Of a stretch of DNA of 33,572 bases, positions 10,780 to 23,770 are shown in pieces. The stretch covers positions 4,845 to 38,416 of the forward strand of contig NW_025214596.1 of the NCBI RefSeq assembly GCF_004010195.1. Direction: 5' to 3'. The DNA comes from Chiloscyllium plagiosum (taxonomy: Eukaryota). The first letter of the stretch is position 1. Each line of letters begins with the position of its first letter. The notes beneath the pieces were generated by a model, which ran no database searches, was not told the DNA's origin, and was given only the letters and a program-made list of their open reading frames with translations. Both the position numbers and the translations under genes were made by a program.

Positions 10780-13500
10780 AACCGATGAATTAAGCTGCAT
10801 TTACTTTGATGTGAAAGGCCGGACAGATTATGCAGATGAACGCACGGCATGAATGGGAATAGGGTAATGGGAAATCACTGGAATTACAGAAACACAGCTG
10901 AGGGAGGGCCAGGACTCGTAGCTCAATGTTCCAGGGACAGATGCTACAGGAAGGATAGAAGGGAAGGCAAGAGAGGAGGGTAAGTGGAGTTTTTGATCAG
11001 TGAAAATATCACTGCAGCACTTAGAGATGATATTCATGGGGTTCGCCCTAAGATGCTATACTAGTGGAACTGAGAAATAAGATTGGATGATCGGTTTGAT
11101 ATGACTGTACTACAGACCTGCAGTAGTCAGCGGGAAATTGAGCAGCAAATATGTCGGAGATCTCAGATATCTGTAATAATGATACGGTTGTAATTATCAG
11201 GGATTTTAACTTTCCAAACCTAGACTGGGACTGCCAGAGTTTTCACATCAAGGATGGGAGGAATTTGTTCAGTGTGTTCAAGAAAACTGTCTCAGTCAAT
11301 ATGCAAATGGCCCGAGTGGAGAAAGGAATAAAGCCTGACCTCGCTTTGGGAAACAATTTAGAGAAAGGGGCTGAAGTGTTTTTGTGGGGGAGTACTTTGG
11401 CAAAGTGACCACCATTCTATTAGTTTGAAAGCAGCTGTGGAAAAGGACAGGTCTGGTCCGCAAGTTAAAGATATAAACTGGCCTTGCCCCGGTCCAGAAG
11501 GTATGAGGCAAGACATCTCAAAATTTGATTCATGGAGTTATTTGCAAGTAAAGGGACGTCGTACAAGTGGGATTCTTTCAAAAGAGAGAAAAATTGAGAT
11601 TTCAGGGCCAGCAAATTCATTTTAGTGTGAAAGACAATGCTGACACAATTGGGAAACACTGGCTGACTGGGGACATTGAGGTCCTGGTCAAGACAAAAGG
11701 AGGCACATGTCATATACAGCCAGCTGGATTAAGTCAATCCTTTGAAGAACATCGTGGTGCAGCAATAATGTTAAGAGGGAAACCATGAGGGCCGAAAGGG
11801 GACCTGAGAGAGCTTTGGCAGTAAAAGGTTCAGGAAAATCCAGAGAGATTCTACAAGTATATTAACAACAGAAAATTAACTCGGGACAGAATGTGACCCC
11901 TTAAAGATCAATTAAGCCATCCATGTGTGAAACCACTGGAAATGGGTGAGATCCAAAACAAAAATTTCACGTCAGAAGTTACTGTGGAAAAAACACTACA
12001 GAAGCAGGGAAATAAACAGTGATGTATTCAAAAGAGTCCACATTGGAAAAAAATGTTTTAAAAGGCATTGAAATTAGACAACTCCCTGGGGACTAATCAA
12101 GCATAACCCAGGACATTGGGACAAGTTAGGGAAGAAACTTCCAAAGATATTTCTGTCACTGACAGCCACGGGTGGTGAGCTGGGAGCCTGGAGGTTGGCT
12201 AATGCTGTGCTAGTATTTAGGAAAGGCTGTGAGGGAAAGTCAGGGACATAAAGACCAATTACCTTGATGTCAGTGGTGCGAATGTTGTAGGAAGTGATTC
12301 CACGGGACAGGAGTTGCATGCATTTGGAAAGGCAACGATTAATTAGCGATAGTCAGCACAACTTTATGTATAAAAAGTATCATCTGCCAAACTTGACTGA
12401 GTTTGTCAAAGAGGTGATCAAGTAGATGGATTAAGGCAGAGCAGTAGACGTTGTCTACCCTGACCTCAGCAAGGCGTTTGACAGGGTTTAGAATGATGCA
12501 CTGGTTATTAAGGTTAGATCACATGGGATCAGGGAGAGCGAGCCAAACGAGCATAAAATTGACTTGTCAGTAGGAGACAGAGGATAGTGGGAGAGGGTAG
12601 TTGTGCTGACTGGGGGCCTCTGACTAGCGTTGCTCCATAAGGATTGGTGCTGGGGCCACGCATGTGCATTATTGACATAAATGAGAATATAGAAATCATT
12701 GTTAGTAAGTTTTGGACAGTAAGGTAAGTGTTATAGTGGGCAGTGAATACAGTTATCAATGGTGATCTTAACCAACTGAGCCAATGTGTCAAGAAAGGAA
12801 AGATGGAGCTGAATTCAGGTGTTGGACAAACCAGGGACGACTAACACAGTTAATGGCAGAGGTCTGGGCAGTATTGTCGAACACAGAGAGACCAAATGGT
12901 TCAGTTACACTGTTCCTTGGAAGTGTCATCACAGGTGGACAGGGCGGGAAAAGCGGATTTGGTACACTTGCCCTCAAGTGTCAGAGCATTGTGTACATGA
13001 GTTGGTACATCATGATAGAGCTGTACAAGAAGTTGCTGGGTCTCCAGTTAGAGTACTGTGATCAGATTAGTTTCCCTACAGTGTGAAAACAGGCCCTTCA
13101 GCCCAACCAGTCTATACCGACTCTCCGAAGATTAATCTTCCCAGACTCATTTTCCTCTGACTAATGCACCTAACACGACGGGCAATATGGCATGGCCAAT
13201 TTACCTGACTTGCACATCTTCGGACTGTGGGAGGAAACTGGAGCACCTGGAGGAAATTCACGCAGATACAGAGAGAACGTGCAAACTCCACACAGACAGT
13301 CAACCGAGGCTGGAATCGAACCTGGGATTCTGGTGCTTTGAGGCAGCAGTGCTAATCACTGAGCCACCGAGCCTCCCGACCGTGTAGAATTCTGATCTTC
13401 CTGATTAGGAAGCATTTTCTGAAACTGCAAGTGGAGCAAATATTGACGAATATGTTACTGATACCGGAGGATTTCACTTACAAGGAAAGGCTGGCTAAGA
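10780..13500 (+). mobile_element. Decayed CR1 ORF2 (endonuclease through RT C-terminus), interrupted by a SINE
   Basis: VVIIRDFNFPNLDW, W..ANAV..F.KG, DLSKAFD, LYKKLLGLQLEYC; many stops. Confidence 0.85.
13087..13378 (-). mobile_element. HE1-like tRNA-derived V-SINE
   Basis: Minus strand tRNA-like head (ggtggctcagtgattagcactgctgcctca..ggttcgattcc), V-domain tgtgtggagtttgcacgttctc and a CR1-like tail. Confidence 0.85.
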
Positions 13501-13509
13501 TGGAAAGCA

Positions 13510-14255
13510 AAACGGAGGGGATGAGATAGCTTTGGCAGATAAGTTTAAGGATTATCCAAAGAGTTTCTATAGCATACAAGGACAAAAAAGCTACGAGAGA
13601 GACATTAGGGCCCCTCAAAGATCAATGAGGCCATCCATGTGTGGAACCACAGGAGACGGGCGCAATCCAAAATGAATATTTCATGTCAGAACAAACTGTG
13701 GACAAAGACGAGGAAACATAGGGAAAGAAACAATGATGTCTGGAAAAGAGTCCCCATTACAGAAGAGGTGGTGAAGGAGATCTTAGAACACAAAGATAGA
13801 GAAAGTACAAATGTATCACAGAACATTGTGGCAAAGTCGCACCGGGGATCGTAGCAGAGATATTTGTATTGTCCTTCGTATTTCCATTGGGTGTAGGTGG
13901 CTGAGGGTGACCTTATAAAGGTTTATAAAACCATGAGTGGTATACGTAAGTGAAGGTCTCTACTCCAGGATAGGGTAATCCATAACTGAAGGGCAGAAAT
14001 GTTGAAGTGAGAGAGGAAATGATTAAAAGCGACTAGAGGAGAACATTTCCATATAGAGAATGGTGCACGTATGGAATGAGCTGCCGTAGAAGCGGTAGAG
14101 AAAAGTACAATTACAAAATGGAAAAGACATTTGGGCAGGTAAATTGGGAGGAGAAGGTTTGAAGGGATATGGACCAAATGCAGGCAAATGCAACAGTGGT
14201 CAGCATGGACTAGATGGAACGAAGGAATCGTTTCCGTGCTGCATGACTCTGTCTC
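13510..14255 (+). mobile_element. CR1 fragments (internal ORF2 piece and 3' end)
   Basis: Similar to 11810-12160, then ggtgaccttataaaggtttataaa...tggaatgagctgcc...gtttccgtgctgcatgactct 3' end. Confidence 0.75.
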
Positions 14256-14599
14256 CAGGTATTGTAGGGGGAGAAGACTATCGAGGTAAGGCATGTTGAA
14301 GACACTGAATCAAGCTACAGCGACAGGGATAGCAGTCTGGAATACAGTACGTTTCAAATATGTGGAGGGACTATAGGGAAGGCAGGAGATTACAGGGACA
14401 GGAACTGTTATAGGAGTTATAAATTATTGAAGAAATGTGTCCACACGACATGGTATATGTACAGTGTTGGAGCTGGAACACAGAACAGAAAATCTCAGGC
14501 AGCATTCCCACCCTCTCTGGGAGGCGTGCTTTCTCCTCTGTTGTCCTGATGCTCACTAAGACAGCACAGGCCTGGATTGATAACTGTGACACTACCAAT

Positions 14600-14767
14600 G
14601 CTGAAAAATGTGTTGCTGGAAAAGCGCAGCAGTTCAGGCAGCATCCAAGGAGCAGGAGAATCGACGATTCTCCTGCTTCTTGGATGCTGCCTAGCGTGCT
14701 GCGCTTTTCCAGCAACACATTTTTCAGCTCTGATCTCCAGCGTCTGCAGTCCTCACTTTTTCCTAGT
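14600..14767. mobile_element. Penelope-derived hairpin insertion with 17-bp flanking duplication
   Basis: 64-bp inverted arms 14600-14663/14665-14728; tgacactaccRatgctg at 14587-14603 and 14768-14784; right arm matches the Penelope end at 25020-25075. Confidence 0.85.
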
Positions 14768-14941
14768 TGACACTACCGATGCTGTCTCATTTCAACAAAA
14801 CTTACAGTAGGGTCGGTGATTGAGCGCGTGGTGTGTCTGTGCTGTGCTCCCCCTCCAGCACTGTATCGATGTCAGGTCTTGTTAGCCGATGTTTGGAGCC
14901 CTCTCATTGCTCTCTGCTCTGTACACTGTGAGTGATCTTAT

Positions 14942-15247
14942 CTCACTGCAGGATATCCAGATCCAGAACTACCTTCCATCCGTATCTCTGGCAGACCAAC
15001 CAGCTTCAATGAGGTGATGGACGAGACACCCAGCAGTTGGGAAGTCTATTGAGTCGGGAACTTCCTGAGTACATACAGGAGACAGACGAATTGACAGAAT
15101 GGGAAATTAGACTGATGCAGTGAGGGTCACACATGGAGAATGGTCCTGAGTATCACAGAGATCTGGAAAATCCCAGTATCCATCGCTGGCCTGTGCTGCT
15201 GCGTCTCTCTGGAGTGGAGAATTCTTTTGGCTCAGGATCTGGAGTCG
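14942..15247 (-). pseudogene. Exon-pair module copy 2 (exon A 15154-15247, exon B 14942-15072), splice sites mutated
   Basis: RLQILSQKNSPLQRDAAAQASDGYWDFPDLC / GTQEVPDSIDFPTAGCLVHHLIEAGWSARDTDGR*; donors GT>AT, exon B acceptor AG>AT. Confidence 0.55.
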
Positions 15248-15359
15248 CTGCAAGAGCGAGAGCCACTGACAGGGGCAACATTTAGACCCTCACAGTGAGG
15301 GATACCACATGGAGAGATACTGAGTGATATCACCAGAGTGCAGGAAGATATCAGCATCA

Positions 15360-17000
15360 AACAATCATGAAGGAAAAAACAGGTTTAGCTTCATTATGCA
15401 CTGACATCAGTACTCAAGGAATGAATAGCCTTTCAGCAGGTGAAGTGATGGCGTAGTGATATTATTGCTAGAGCATATATCCAAAATCTCAGCTAATGTT
15501 CCGGGGAGGCAGATTTGAATCACACCATCAAAAATGGTAGAATTTGAAATAAAATATTTTTAAAATAGTAATGAACAATCCATAAGTATCATTACTGATG
15601 TACAATAAATCCAAACACTTGTTCTTTAGAGAAGGACAACTGCCCACCCTCACGTGGTCTGCACGACATACCCACGGCAAAGTGTTTGCCTCTCAATCAC
15701 CCTCGAAAATGGCCGAGAAAGCTACTCAGCTCAAAGGCAGCTCGGGCTGGGCAAGAAATGCTGGCCAGCCAGAGACACCCACCTCTTATACTTGATTTTA
15801 AAAAAAATCAATTCAGATGGTCCCACTGGAACCGCACTGGAACCAGTGTCCTGGCCAATCACGTCGGCAGGTTGATGGACAGGGCTTTAAACTGACTGAG
15901 AGGATGCAGGGACAGGGTTCAGGTGAAAGGAGCTTTCGAAATCCAAATAGAAAAGGTGCCGCATTGGAGCAGCATGGAAATGTGGCTGAAGACAAGCAGA
16001 AAGGAACAGGATGGGACAGAGTTTAACTAAAACTGTACATCAGCGAATCGATTTGGACAGGAAATTGTGGGAAAGGGTAAATTATGTTATTTTTGGAATG
16101 GACAAAGTCTCTGCGATAAGGTAGACTGATTTGTGACACAGAGATAAAAGAGATTTCGACACCAGGGTGGCATGGTCACAGGGCGAACAAAAGATGGAAC
16201 ATAAATATTCAATGTTTCACAACCTTGCAGTAACTCAGGTGAAATGGGTAACGCAAACAATAATGGATAACAAAGACATTACACAAAAAACATTTGGTCT
16301 CAGATCATGAGTTAGTGTCAGTCAGAATGTAAATTCTGGCCATTACTTGCCAAGGACACAAGCAGCAGAACAGTTTTAGGCCACCTAACAGCATTCGATT
16401 GCTCATGTCTGCATTAAACATGAACTCATTGGAATTTTAAATAAATGCATTGTGATAATTTAGTGAAATTTCAATATTCATATAAACTTGACAATCACAC
16501 CGACAACAGTGATATTCGAAGAGGAGATTGTAGAATTGTCTTCAGTGTTTCTTTGAATAACACATTGTGCAACTCGCTAGGGAAGTACCTATCTCATATC
16601 CACCGTTGTGTCATGAAACTTGTGAATGAGTAATGTCACCTGGAGAGATCCTCTGAGAAATTTTGATTAAGTGCAGTTTAAAGAAATATGAAGTTTTAAA
16701 TTGAATCACAGAAAGGACAAGCTACAACTAGAAAGAAAAACAGCCAATGACATGAGTTTGAGAGGAGAACTGACCAAGGTAACAGGCTAAACATACTGAA
16801 ACAAGTGTCTGTAAATGAACAATGGAAAAAATTGAAAGTAACAGTGTAAAACACTCAACCAAAGGACATTCCATTGAACCAGACAAAACCTCAGCAAGAA
16901 ATTACCACCCGTCCCTCACTCAGGGCAAAATGGATCATATTCGATTATCACGTTTAGAGGATCACCACAAAGCACTTTAAATCCTGAAATGAGAGAGAGT
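15360..17000 (+). mobile_element. Decayed CR1-like fragment (ORF1 end + endonuclease), paralogous to 990-1742
   Basis: HWNRTGTSVLANHVGRLMDRALN* ORF1 C-terminus followed by degenerate endonuclease. Confidence 0.7.
15445..15808 (+). mobile_element. Near-full-length Deu-domain (SacSINE1-like) SINE
   Basis: tRNA-like head tggcgtagtg...atttgaatc, central ctttagagaaggacaactgcc, 3' aaatgctggcc and A-rich tail. Confidence 0.65.
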
Positions 17001-17224
17001 TTTAGCAGTAAGTTTTAAAGGGATTGCAATTGGTCTGCTAGCAGTAGGAGGGCAATGGGAAGAAGAATCTTTGTCAGGGTTTAATGACTCGTACGGAACA
17101 GGGTGAAATGAAGGTTCTGGAGGTGGTGAGAGTGTTACAGAGACTGATCAGGGCCTAAACGTGTTACAAAGCTAGGTTAATTGTTGCAGCTGGAGGTATT
17201 TGCAGAGGTAGGGAGGGACATATG

Positions 17225-18075
17225 TATTTTTTTTTATTCATTCATGGCACGTGTGTGTCACTGATTAGACCAGCATTCTTTGCCCCACTGCTAATAACCC
17301 AGTGGGCAGATCCGAAGCCCCATGTTGCTGTGTGTCTGGATTCACATGTAGACCAGACCAGATTAGGGTGTCAGATCTCCTTCCCTAAAGGAGGTAAATG
17401 AACGAGATGAGTTCTTCCGACTGATCATCAATGCTTTTATGGTGGCCTCACCAATGTCTTGCACAGGTACAGCATGACATCCCAACTCTTACTCTCAATG
17501 CTCTGACCAATGAAGGTAACCATCCCAGACGCCTGCTTCACCAACCTGTCTACCTGTGACACCACTTTCAACGAACTGTGTGCCTGCAACCCTGGATCAC
17601 TGATTGACAACACTACCCAGGGCCCAAACATTAACTGTACAAGTCCCACCCTGGTTTGTTTCTTCAAAATGGAACACTTCACATTTATTTCACCAAACTC
17701 CATCTACTATTCTTCAGTCCACTATCCCAGCAGTACTGTTTATCCTGTTGTATCACAGATAACCTTCTTCACTGTCTACTTTACCACCAATTTCAGTGTC
17801 ACTCCCCCAAAAAAACTCGCTTACCAGGAAACCAATATTCCCGTCCAAACCATTTATCCAAATGACAAACAACAGTGGCCCCACTTCGCCACTGGTCACA
17901 TGGAACCAGTTAGAAAAAAAAACATGAATCCCATTACCCGCTGTCTTAGAAAAAAAAACATGAATCCCATTACCCGCTGTCTCCTATCCACCACTCCACC
18001 AAGCCAATTTTGAATCCAGTTCCCTCGCTCCTCCTGAATGCCATATCCCTTTACATTATTACCCAGTTTACCGTA
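17225..18075 (-). mobile_element. SINE 3' part plus decayed CR1 RT fragment (paralog of 2260-2965)
   Basis: Same SINE/CR1 junction (caatgcttttatggtggcctcac); LCKTLVRP. Confidence 0.8.
17911..17982. repeat. Perfect 36-bp tandem duplication
   Basis: tagaaaaaaaaacatgaatcccattacccgctgtct x2. Confidence 0.95.
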
Positions 18076-19045
18076 CAGAACGTGGAACGCAGAACAGGAC
18101 AGCACAGGACGCTTTGGCTATGATGCCATGCCAAACTTTTGTCCGACTGTAAGATCAAATGAACTTACATGCCCTTCATTTTACTGCCATCCATGTGTAT
18201 ATCCCAGAGTCTATTAAACATCCCTAATATATCTGTATCTCCTACCACCGCTGGCAGTGCACTCCACCAACCCAACACTCTTTGTGTAAATGACCTATCT
18301 CTGAAATCTCCCCTTAACCATCCACCAATCAGCTTAAAATTACACCCCCTTGTAATAGCCATATATGCTGTGGTATAAATAAGTCTCTCACTATTCACTC
18401 TATCGATGCCTCACATAATCTTGTTCACCTCTACCAAGTCGTCCCTCATCCTTCATCACTCCAATGAGAAAAGCCTTACATCCTCAACCTTTCTTCATAA
18501 GACATGCCCTCCAGCACAGGAAGCATCCTGGTAAATCTCATTTTTACCTCCCTCAAGCGTCCACATCCATCCTGTAACAATGGGACCAGAACTGAACACA
18601 ACATTCCAAGTGCTGGATAACTAGGACTCCATAGAGCTGCAGCATAGTCTCACAGCTTTAAAACTCAATCCCCCAGCAACTGAAAGCCAACACAACATAT
18701 TCCTTCTTCACAACCCAATCAGCTTGTGTGGCAAATTTGAGGGATCGATGGACGTGGAACCGAAGATCCCTCTGTTCCAAGAATCCTGCCTTAAACCCTG
18801 TATTCTGCATTCAAGTTCGACCTTACCAAATGAATCATGTCACACTTTTCCAGATTGAACTTCATCTGCCACTTCTCAGCCCAGCTCCCCATCCTGTCAA
18901 TATCCTGCTGCAAACTACAACAGACCTACACACTATCCACCACTCCAACAACCTCCATGTCATCGGTAAAATTACGAACACACTCTTCCACAGCCACATC
19001 CAAATTGTTTATTTAAAAAAAATCACAAAGAGCAGAGGTCCTGAC
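18075..19045 (-). mobile_element. CR1 3' ~1 kb
   Basis: TRGCNFKL..G...D.R..SFTQRVLG.W.ALP and agaac-type tail. Confidence 0.88.
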
Positions 19046-19049
19046 CTCA

Positions 19050-19660
19050 TTCGGCTCCTACATCTCATGGTCTTAACTCAAACTCAGTATCTATATTATA
19101 GAATTATGGGTCTCTGCTCACAAAACTCCTTTATAAGGGGTTATTAGATATTTATTATTAAAGGGCATTTGATCTAAAAAAACAATTTTGGTGATGACTC
19201 CATGATTTGATGTAGAAAACCATCTCGTATACAATCCAGGATTCGATCCATTCCAACCCTGATATTCATTAATTATCCAGTCGGGATGGAGATCACTGTC
19301 ACACACAATTACTGTACTGTCCTTGCTGCAAATACATTCAGTGTCCTGACTGTAACCATATTGACATCAGCATCAATTTCTGGTGCCTATAAAAGACTTC
19401 CTGCTAACGGTTGTTGCTGCTTGCTTATTCTCAACTTCACCCAAATAGACTCCAAATTTTGACCTTAGATCCACACTACTGTCTCATTAATACATTAACC
19501 TCATCCTTTCTTCACATCTTCTTGGCCTTTTGCCGAGTCTGCCTAGATCCTTGAATATTCACTTCCCAGCGATGATCATTCCGCAGCTACATCTCCGAAA
19601 TGACAGTTCCATCATATCTGTTCACTGCCATTCCATCTGCCTTATGGTGAATACAGGGAG
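19050..19660 (-). mobile_element. Old, highly decayed CR1-group endonuclease fragment
   Basis: Degenerate YR.P, D.HPDW and LDCIRDGFL.Q motifs on the minus strand. Confidence 0.5.
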
Positions 19661-19669
19661 TCATTCCTC

Positions 19670-21190
19670 AGTAGTGGGGGAATTGAACGGATGGGTAGCG
19701 GTTACTGAGATAGGGAGGCTTCCAGGGTCTCGAGGATGTTAAAGTTAAACACAGTTGCATCAGGTCAAGAATGTCAGTGGGATAAAAGTTTTTGGGGATT
19801 GGAGGAATTTATAGAGATAGAGGGAACTGGATTAGATTCTGAAGATAGGGATAGGGATGGATGTAGGGAGACAGACTGAGAAGCACAGACAGGGGTATTT
19901 CAGGGAGAAGAGTATTGTGTATACCAACAGAGATATGGAAGATTGTAGTGACTGAAGATGTTTAGAGGTAAAAGAAGGCTTCTAGGTTCTGGAGGCTACA
20001 TAGATAGGAAGGCTATGGAGAATGCCAGGTTACTGGATTAGAGACAGTTACACAGATGGGGAGGGTTGAACAAACTGAAAGAGTTTCCTGTAGTCAGGAG
20101 GACTGGGTGGGGGAAACGATGGTGAAATGTAAATGGATTAAGTTCGAAGAATTGGAGAAGAATAAGGAGATTTCAGATGGATTTAGAGACTGGATGAGCT
20201 GGCATTGAATCTGAGTCTTTTCGAAACTGGAGAGTCACAAACATTGGGGTTGTGCTGAGATCAGGAAATCGTCAGGGGCTTCAAGGGGTTACCCAACAAG
20301 GGAAGATTAAAGGGGCCCCATAGATTGAGGATGGTATCCGGACTGGAAGAGGTAACACAGAAAATGATGGTCTTAGGGGCTGGAGATGCTTATGGAGGTA
20401 ATGGAGGGGTTGGAGCAATTTACATCACCATGAAAGTTTTTAAGGACAGCATTAAGATACATGGGCTTTTGTTCGTGCAAGAATGGGAAGCTCCACGGGA
20501 CACGAGGAACGAAGACAAGTACGGACAGCAATGGCGGCTGCAGATGCAAACGGATTATAGAGAGTCTTGCAGATTAGAGAGAGTGTGGGCTTCAGATTCT
20601 GACAGATATTGTAGGAACTGGAGTAGCCTTGGCAAATGGGGTGTTTGCAGTTATCGAAGGTGCTGAAGAGGCTGGAAGCGGTAAAAGATGTAGGGAGGGT
20701 TGTGGAAGCAGTTGGTGGTTAGAGATAGGGAGGACTGCAGGGGATCATACAGACAGGGAGGGTTCTAAGAGCAGGGAAAAGTAACAGGAACAGATAAAGT
20801 GCAGCGCCTGAAGAGGGTTCAACAATCAGCAGATTTCAAGACGCAGGACAATGTTACAAAGACAGCAACAGTTGGAGGGATTGGGGGAGCATACAAATAT
20901 AGGGAGGGCTTTCGTCACTGGTGAATATTATGTTTCAGAGATGGGGAGAGTTGCACCACCAAAAGGAGTAAGAAAGATCAGAAGGATTTGACGTTATTGG
21001 AACAGGTTTGACTGTATAGCTTTCACAGAGATAGGGAGTTTACAGGCTTGAAGGAATTTAGGATCTACTGAAGATAATTAGGTTGTTAGGAATTGGGGAA
21101 CTTGACAGAGACAGAGAGGATTGTGTGGACTAGAGGAGATTCCAAACAGAGTAGGGATTATCGGGACTGCAGAATATTACAGAGATCACT
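19670..21190 (+). repeat. Degenerate purine-rich minisatellite
   Basis: Same ggaggaggttacagagatagggaggg-type unit. Confidence 0.7.
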
Positions 21191-21390
21191 AATACAGGAC
21201 TGATTCCTGGGACCTCCTGTGCATTCTCAGTGATGACCAGAGGTGAAAGCAGGACCCTGGCATGTTGGTGGGAATGAAGCTTAGAATGTTGCTGTTCCTT
21301 GCCCAGCACTGTATCTGAAACCTGTCTTCCGGGTCTGAGTTCAGAAGGCCACTAACTACTCTCTGTGCTGTTTACTCTGAGCGATCTTAC

Positions 21391-21695
21391 CAGCTGTAGG
21401 ATATACTGAAGACTCCAGAGCTCCCTCTCCATCTCTCTGTGGCTGACCAACCGTCTTTGATGTGGTTATGGACGAGACAGAAGTCAATGATTTGGCAGAG
21501 TCAGGAACATCCTGATTACCTGCAGGAGACAGAGAAATAGGCAGAACGTGAAATTAGTCTGATGCAGTGAAGATAACTCATGTAGAGTAGCACTGAATCC
21601 AACAGAGATCTCGAAAATCCCAGGCTCCGACTTTGTCTTGCGCTGCCTCATCTCTCTGGAGTGCAGAATTCTGTTGGCTCAGGATCTCAAACCAG
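21391..21695 (-). pseudogene. Exon-pair module copy 3 (exon A ~21601-21695, exon B 21391-21519)
   Basis: WFEILSQQNSALQRDEAAQDKVGAWDFRDLC; exon B is 129 nt with acceptor tttctctgtctcctgcag and donor gtaaga; exon A donor not canonical. Confidence 0.55.
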
Positions 21696-22219
21696 CTGTA
21701 AGAATGAGAGGCACTGACAGAGGCAGCAATTAAACTCACACAGTGAGGGATACCACATGGAGAGATACTGAGTGATATCACCAGAGTGCATGAAGATTTC
21801 AGGATCACAGAAGAAGTGGTTCTGCTGCAAAGGGCACTGCTTCCAGCACTCAGGGAGGAGTCAGCTATTGTTTGGGATGGTACAGTGCTGGGACCAGCAA
21901 CTGAGTGAATCATATGACCAGTACTATGCAGATTAGAAGAAGAGATGCTTAGAAGACAAAATATCTAACAATACTGAAGAAGCCAATGCTTTCGAAATAT
22001 GGAAGTATTTGTTAAAACGATCACTAGGGGTCTTCTAGCAGGAGGAGTGCAGGAGGAAAGGGAAACATTGTCAGGGTTTAATCAGATTGTAAGTGCAGGG
22101 AGAGTTGAAGGTGGAGAGTATGATGCAGAGAATGGCAATGACCTGAACAATGTCACAAAGCCAATACGAATTACTATAGCTGGTGTTGTATGCATTGGTA
22201 GCAATGGAAGTATGTATTG

Positions 22220-23600
22220 TTATTTATTCATTCATGGGCTGAGGATGTCACAGACTGGACAATCATATCTATCCTAACTTCTAATTGTCTAGAGGCAGCT
22301 CGGAGTCATCCGATCTGGATTCACATGTAGGCCGGACCAAGTTAGAATGTCAGATGTCCTTCCATAAAGGACATATGTGAACCAGTTGAGTTTCTCCACA
22401 TATTCAACAATGCTTTTATGGTGGCCTCACAATGACTTGTATAGAAAGATTAATGAAATCCCAACTCGTACACTCAATGTTCTGACCAATTAATTTAAAC
22501 ATCCTAAACGCATGCTTCACCAGCCTGTCTAACTGTGACATCACTTTCAAAAGAACTGTGTACCTGCATCCCTGGGTCACCGATTGATAACACGACCCCG
22601 GGCCAGAACATTAATTGGTTGGCCTTAGCAACAGTGTGCATTTCTCCACCTATAATTCCTAACCACAATGGCCCAGCAGTGCGGTTGATCCTATTGTATT
22701 CCGAGATAACCCTCTTCACTGTCGACTTTACCACCAATTTCAGTGTCACTCACAAACTTGCTCACCATGACTCCTGTATTATTATCCAAACAGTCTATAT
22801 GAATATTGCACAGCAGTCACCCTGTGCCGAACGCCATGGCACACCATTGGTGACAGGCCTGCAGTTTGAGCAGCAACCCTGTATGAACATGCTCTGTCTC
22901 CTACCGTCAATCCTGTTTTGTATCCAGTTGGTGAACGCTCACGGGTTATGTGTGACCTAAACTTATTGACCAGTCTGTCATGCAGAACCTTACCAAGAGC
23001 CTAGCTAAAGTCCATGGAGACATCATCTGCTTCTCTGCCTTGACCTATTATTTGTCTACCTCCCCAATCACTCAGTCATTAACTTCCACGCACAAAGCCA
23101 CGCTGATTATCACTAATCATTCCTGCCCTTCCAAATGCATGATGATCCTTTCTCTCAGAATCTCCTCCAACAACTTGCCCTCCCATCAGTCTCACTTACC
23201 TGTAATGGCTGATATACACATCTCTGTGAAAGGGCCTTTGATTTCTTACTTAGCTTCTCACAAGGTGCTGGGGTATATCTGATCATGTCCCAAGGTTTTA
23301 TCAATCTTTTTGCATTTTAAGATATGCTGCACCTTCTGTTCTCCAATGTGAACTCTGTTTAAGAGATATCAATATGTATTTTTCAGAGTTCCCAAGCTTC
23401 CATGTCTTTCATAACAGTAAATTCAATTGCAAAATATTGGTTTCGGATGTCCGCCAGCAACAGTGATTCAACATAGACAGCCTCATTAACATTTCAGGGG
23501 CACTACTATCTCCCTCATTATACTTTAGCCCTTGTTGAAACATGTCAAAATGCCTCTGAATATTTCAAATATATCCCTACTGCCAGTAACCCACTCCACC
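22220..23600 (-). mobile_element. SINE 3' part plus decayed CR1 RT fragment (paralog of 2260-3930)
   Basis: Collinear with 2260-3930 apart from the 2969-3219 insert. Confidence 0.8.
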
Positions 23601-23770
23601 ATTATCTATTCTTCCATTTATGGTCAGACTAAAATATTGAATCCAACAGATTTAAAAAATTCCGCTTTGATAAAACCATACGTTTCGCATTGTTTCGAAG
23701 CGTGTAGTTATCATTTATTGACATATCCTTTGTATACCTACCAGCATGTTCCCGACTTACTGTCAGGCTA

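Noticed and set aside
13310..13378. tRNA-like A/B boxes as a tRNA gene
   Set aside because: It is the head of an HE1-like SINE with no complete cloverleaf.
14925..15120. Plus-strand acceptor-like ctgcag|G at the left of each module
   Set aside because: The plus-strand frames I translated (copy 4) all hit early stops; the minus-strand splice pattern is more coherent.
15030..15190. WDFPDLCGTQ..DSIDF resembling a MAM-domain start
   Set aside because: The first Cys and the downstream W..G.TP..TGP..DHT motifs are missing.
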